This document shows positions 63,511 through 64,000 of a DNA stretch of 64,000 bases, piece by piece. This DNA is from an uncultured Gemmatimonadaceae bacterium (lineage in GTDB: Bacteria > Gemmatimonadota > Gemmatimonadetes > Gemmatimonadales > Gemmatimonadaceae), in contig CAWFQK010000004.1 in the NCBI GenBank assembly GCA_963817955.1, positions 1,184,001 through 1,248,000 on the forward strand, written 5' to 3'. A program made the translations under genes and the position numbers. How positions within the stretch are numbered: position 1 is the stretch's first letter; each line of letters starts with the position of its first letter. The notes below the pieces were generated by a model. It did not search any database, had not been told where the DNA came from, and worked only from the letters and a program-made list of their open reading frames with translations.

Positions 63511-63752
63511 CAAGAGAACTGCAATAGAACTGCAAAGAAAACTGCAAGCGTACGGAAGAGGGAAGCGGGTATAGGTGGACTGAACCGTGAATGCCGAGTC
63601 CACAAGCATTCCGCCATATCGTTATGATCCCGACCTGGGCGATACCATCGGAGCATCACGACGGCATCAGCCAAGCCATCCAGGCGAGACAATCCTTCAC
63701 GGTCCTCTGCAGTTCTCTGCGTTCTCTTGCAGTTCTCTGCGACCTCTGCGTT
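63511..63752. repeat. Inverted pair of 9-11-bp tandem arrays
   Basis: AGAACTGCAA-type x3 at 63514-63547 faces GTTCTCTGC-type x5 at 63702-63750. GAGAACTGCAA and TTGCAGTTCTC are reverse complements. Confidence 0.65.
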
Positions 63753-63773
63753 AAAAGCGGTTCTATCGGTCAC

Positions 63774-63863
63774 AGAGATCCTTCGCTGCGCTCAGGATGA
63801 CAGGGATTCGCTCAGGATGACAGGCATGGCTCAAGATGACAGGCTTCGCTCAGGATGACAGGC
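63774..63863. repeat. Tandem cluster of REP-like GCTCAGGATGACAGG units
   Basis: Four GCTCA(G/A)GATGACAGG units, the first preceded by GAGATCCTTCGCTGC. The same motif occurs near 12110, 22150 and 32240. Confidence 0.8.
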
Positions 63864-63900
63864 CACGATCTTCGCAGCCGGGTAACCGATTGCTAGCGAT

Positions 63901-63999
63901 TCACTCGTAAGTCAACGGTCTGTCAAGCCCCGCCATCAGCCGCAGCAGCCCGCGTTGCGTCGCGCTGCCGCCGGCCACCTCGCCAACGAGATCCCCGGA
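63901..63999 (-). CDS. C-terminus of a probable sugar ABC transporter ATP-binding protein (partial)
   Basis: SGDLVGEVAGGSATQRGLLRLMAGLDRPLTYE* resembles RbsA-type C-termini (GE.....AT...LL.LM.G). Only 32 codons are visible. Confidence 0.5.
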   Translation of the reverse strand, partial: SGDLVGEVAGGSATQRGLLRLMAGLDRPLTYE

Positions 64000-64000
64000 T

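Overview
This is a GC-rich bacterial window. Its gene content (three VPS10/BNR beta-propeller proteins, many secreted peptidases, a duplicated MacB-type orphan permease, Gly/Arg-rich linkers) suggests a Gemmatimonadota/Acidobacteriota-type soil organism, which is an inference. It holds about 40 credible CDSs, one complete IS1380-family element with a CTAG target duplication, two deletion-collapsed pseudogenes and several dispersed repeat families. I saw no rRNA, tRNA or CRISPR array. Two signals are missed by the ORF track. (1) The 5' leader of the homoserine dehydrogenase gene (minus strand, 15624->15275) reads: sigma70-like promoter -> SAM-II-like riboswitch -> terminator -> 30-codon Met-rich leader peptide (MISMCQMQMRMSM...) with a candidate antiterminator -> second strong terminator. 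This is a candidate tandem SAM + Met-tRNA two-input attenuator. (2) An OsmC-family gene has an in-frame UGA at the position of the second catalytic Cys (..KRR-U-PLFG..), followed by a SECIS-like hairpin, so it is a probable selenoprotein. All family assignments come from motif recognition by eye; no database searches were run.
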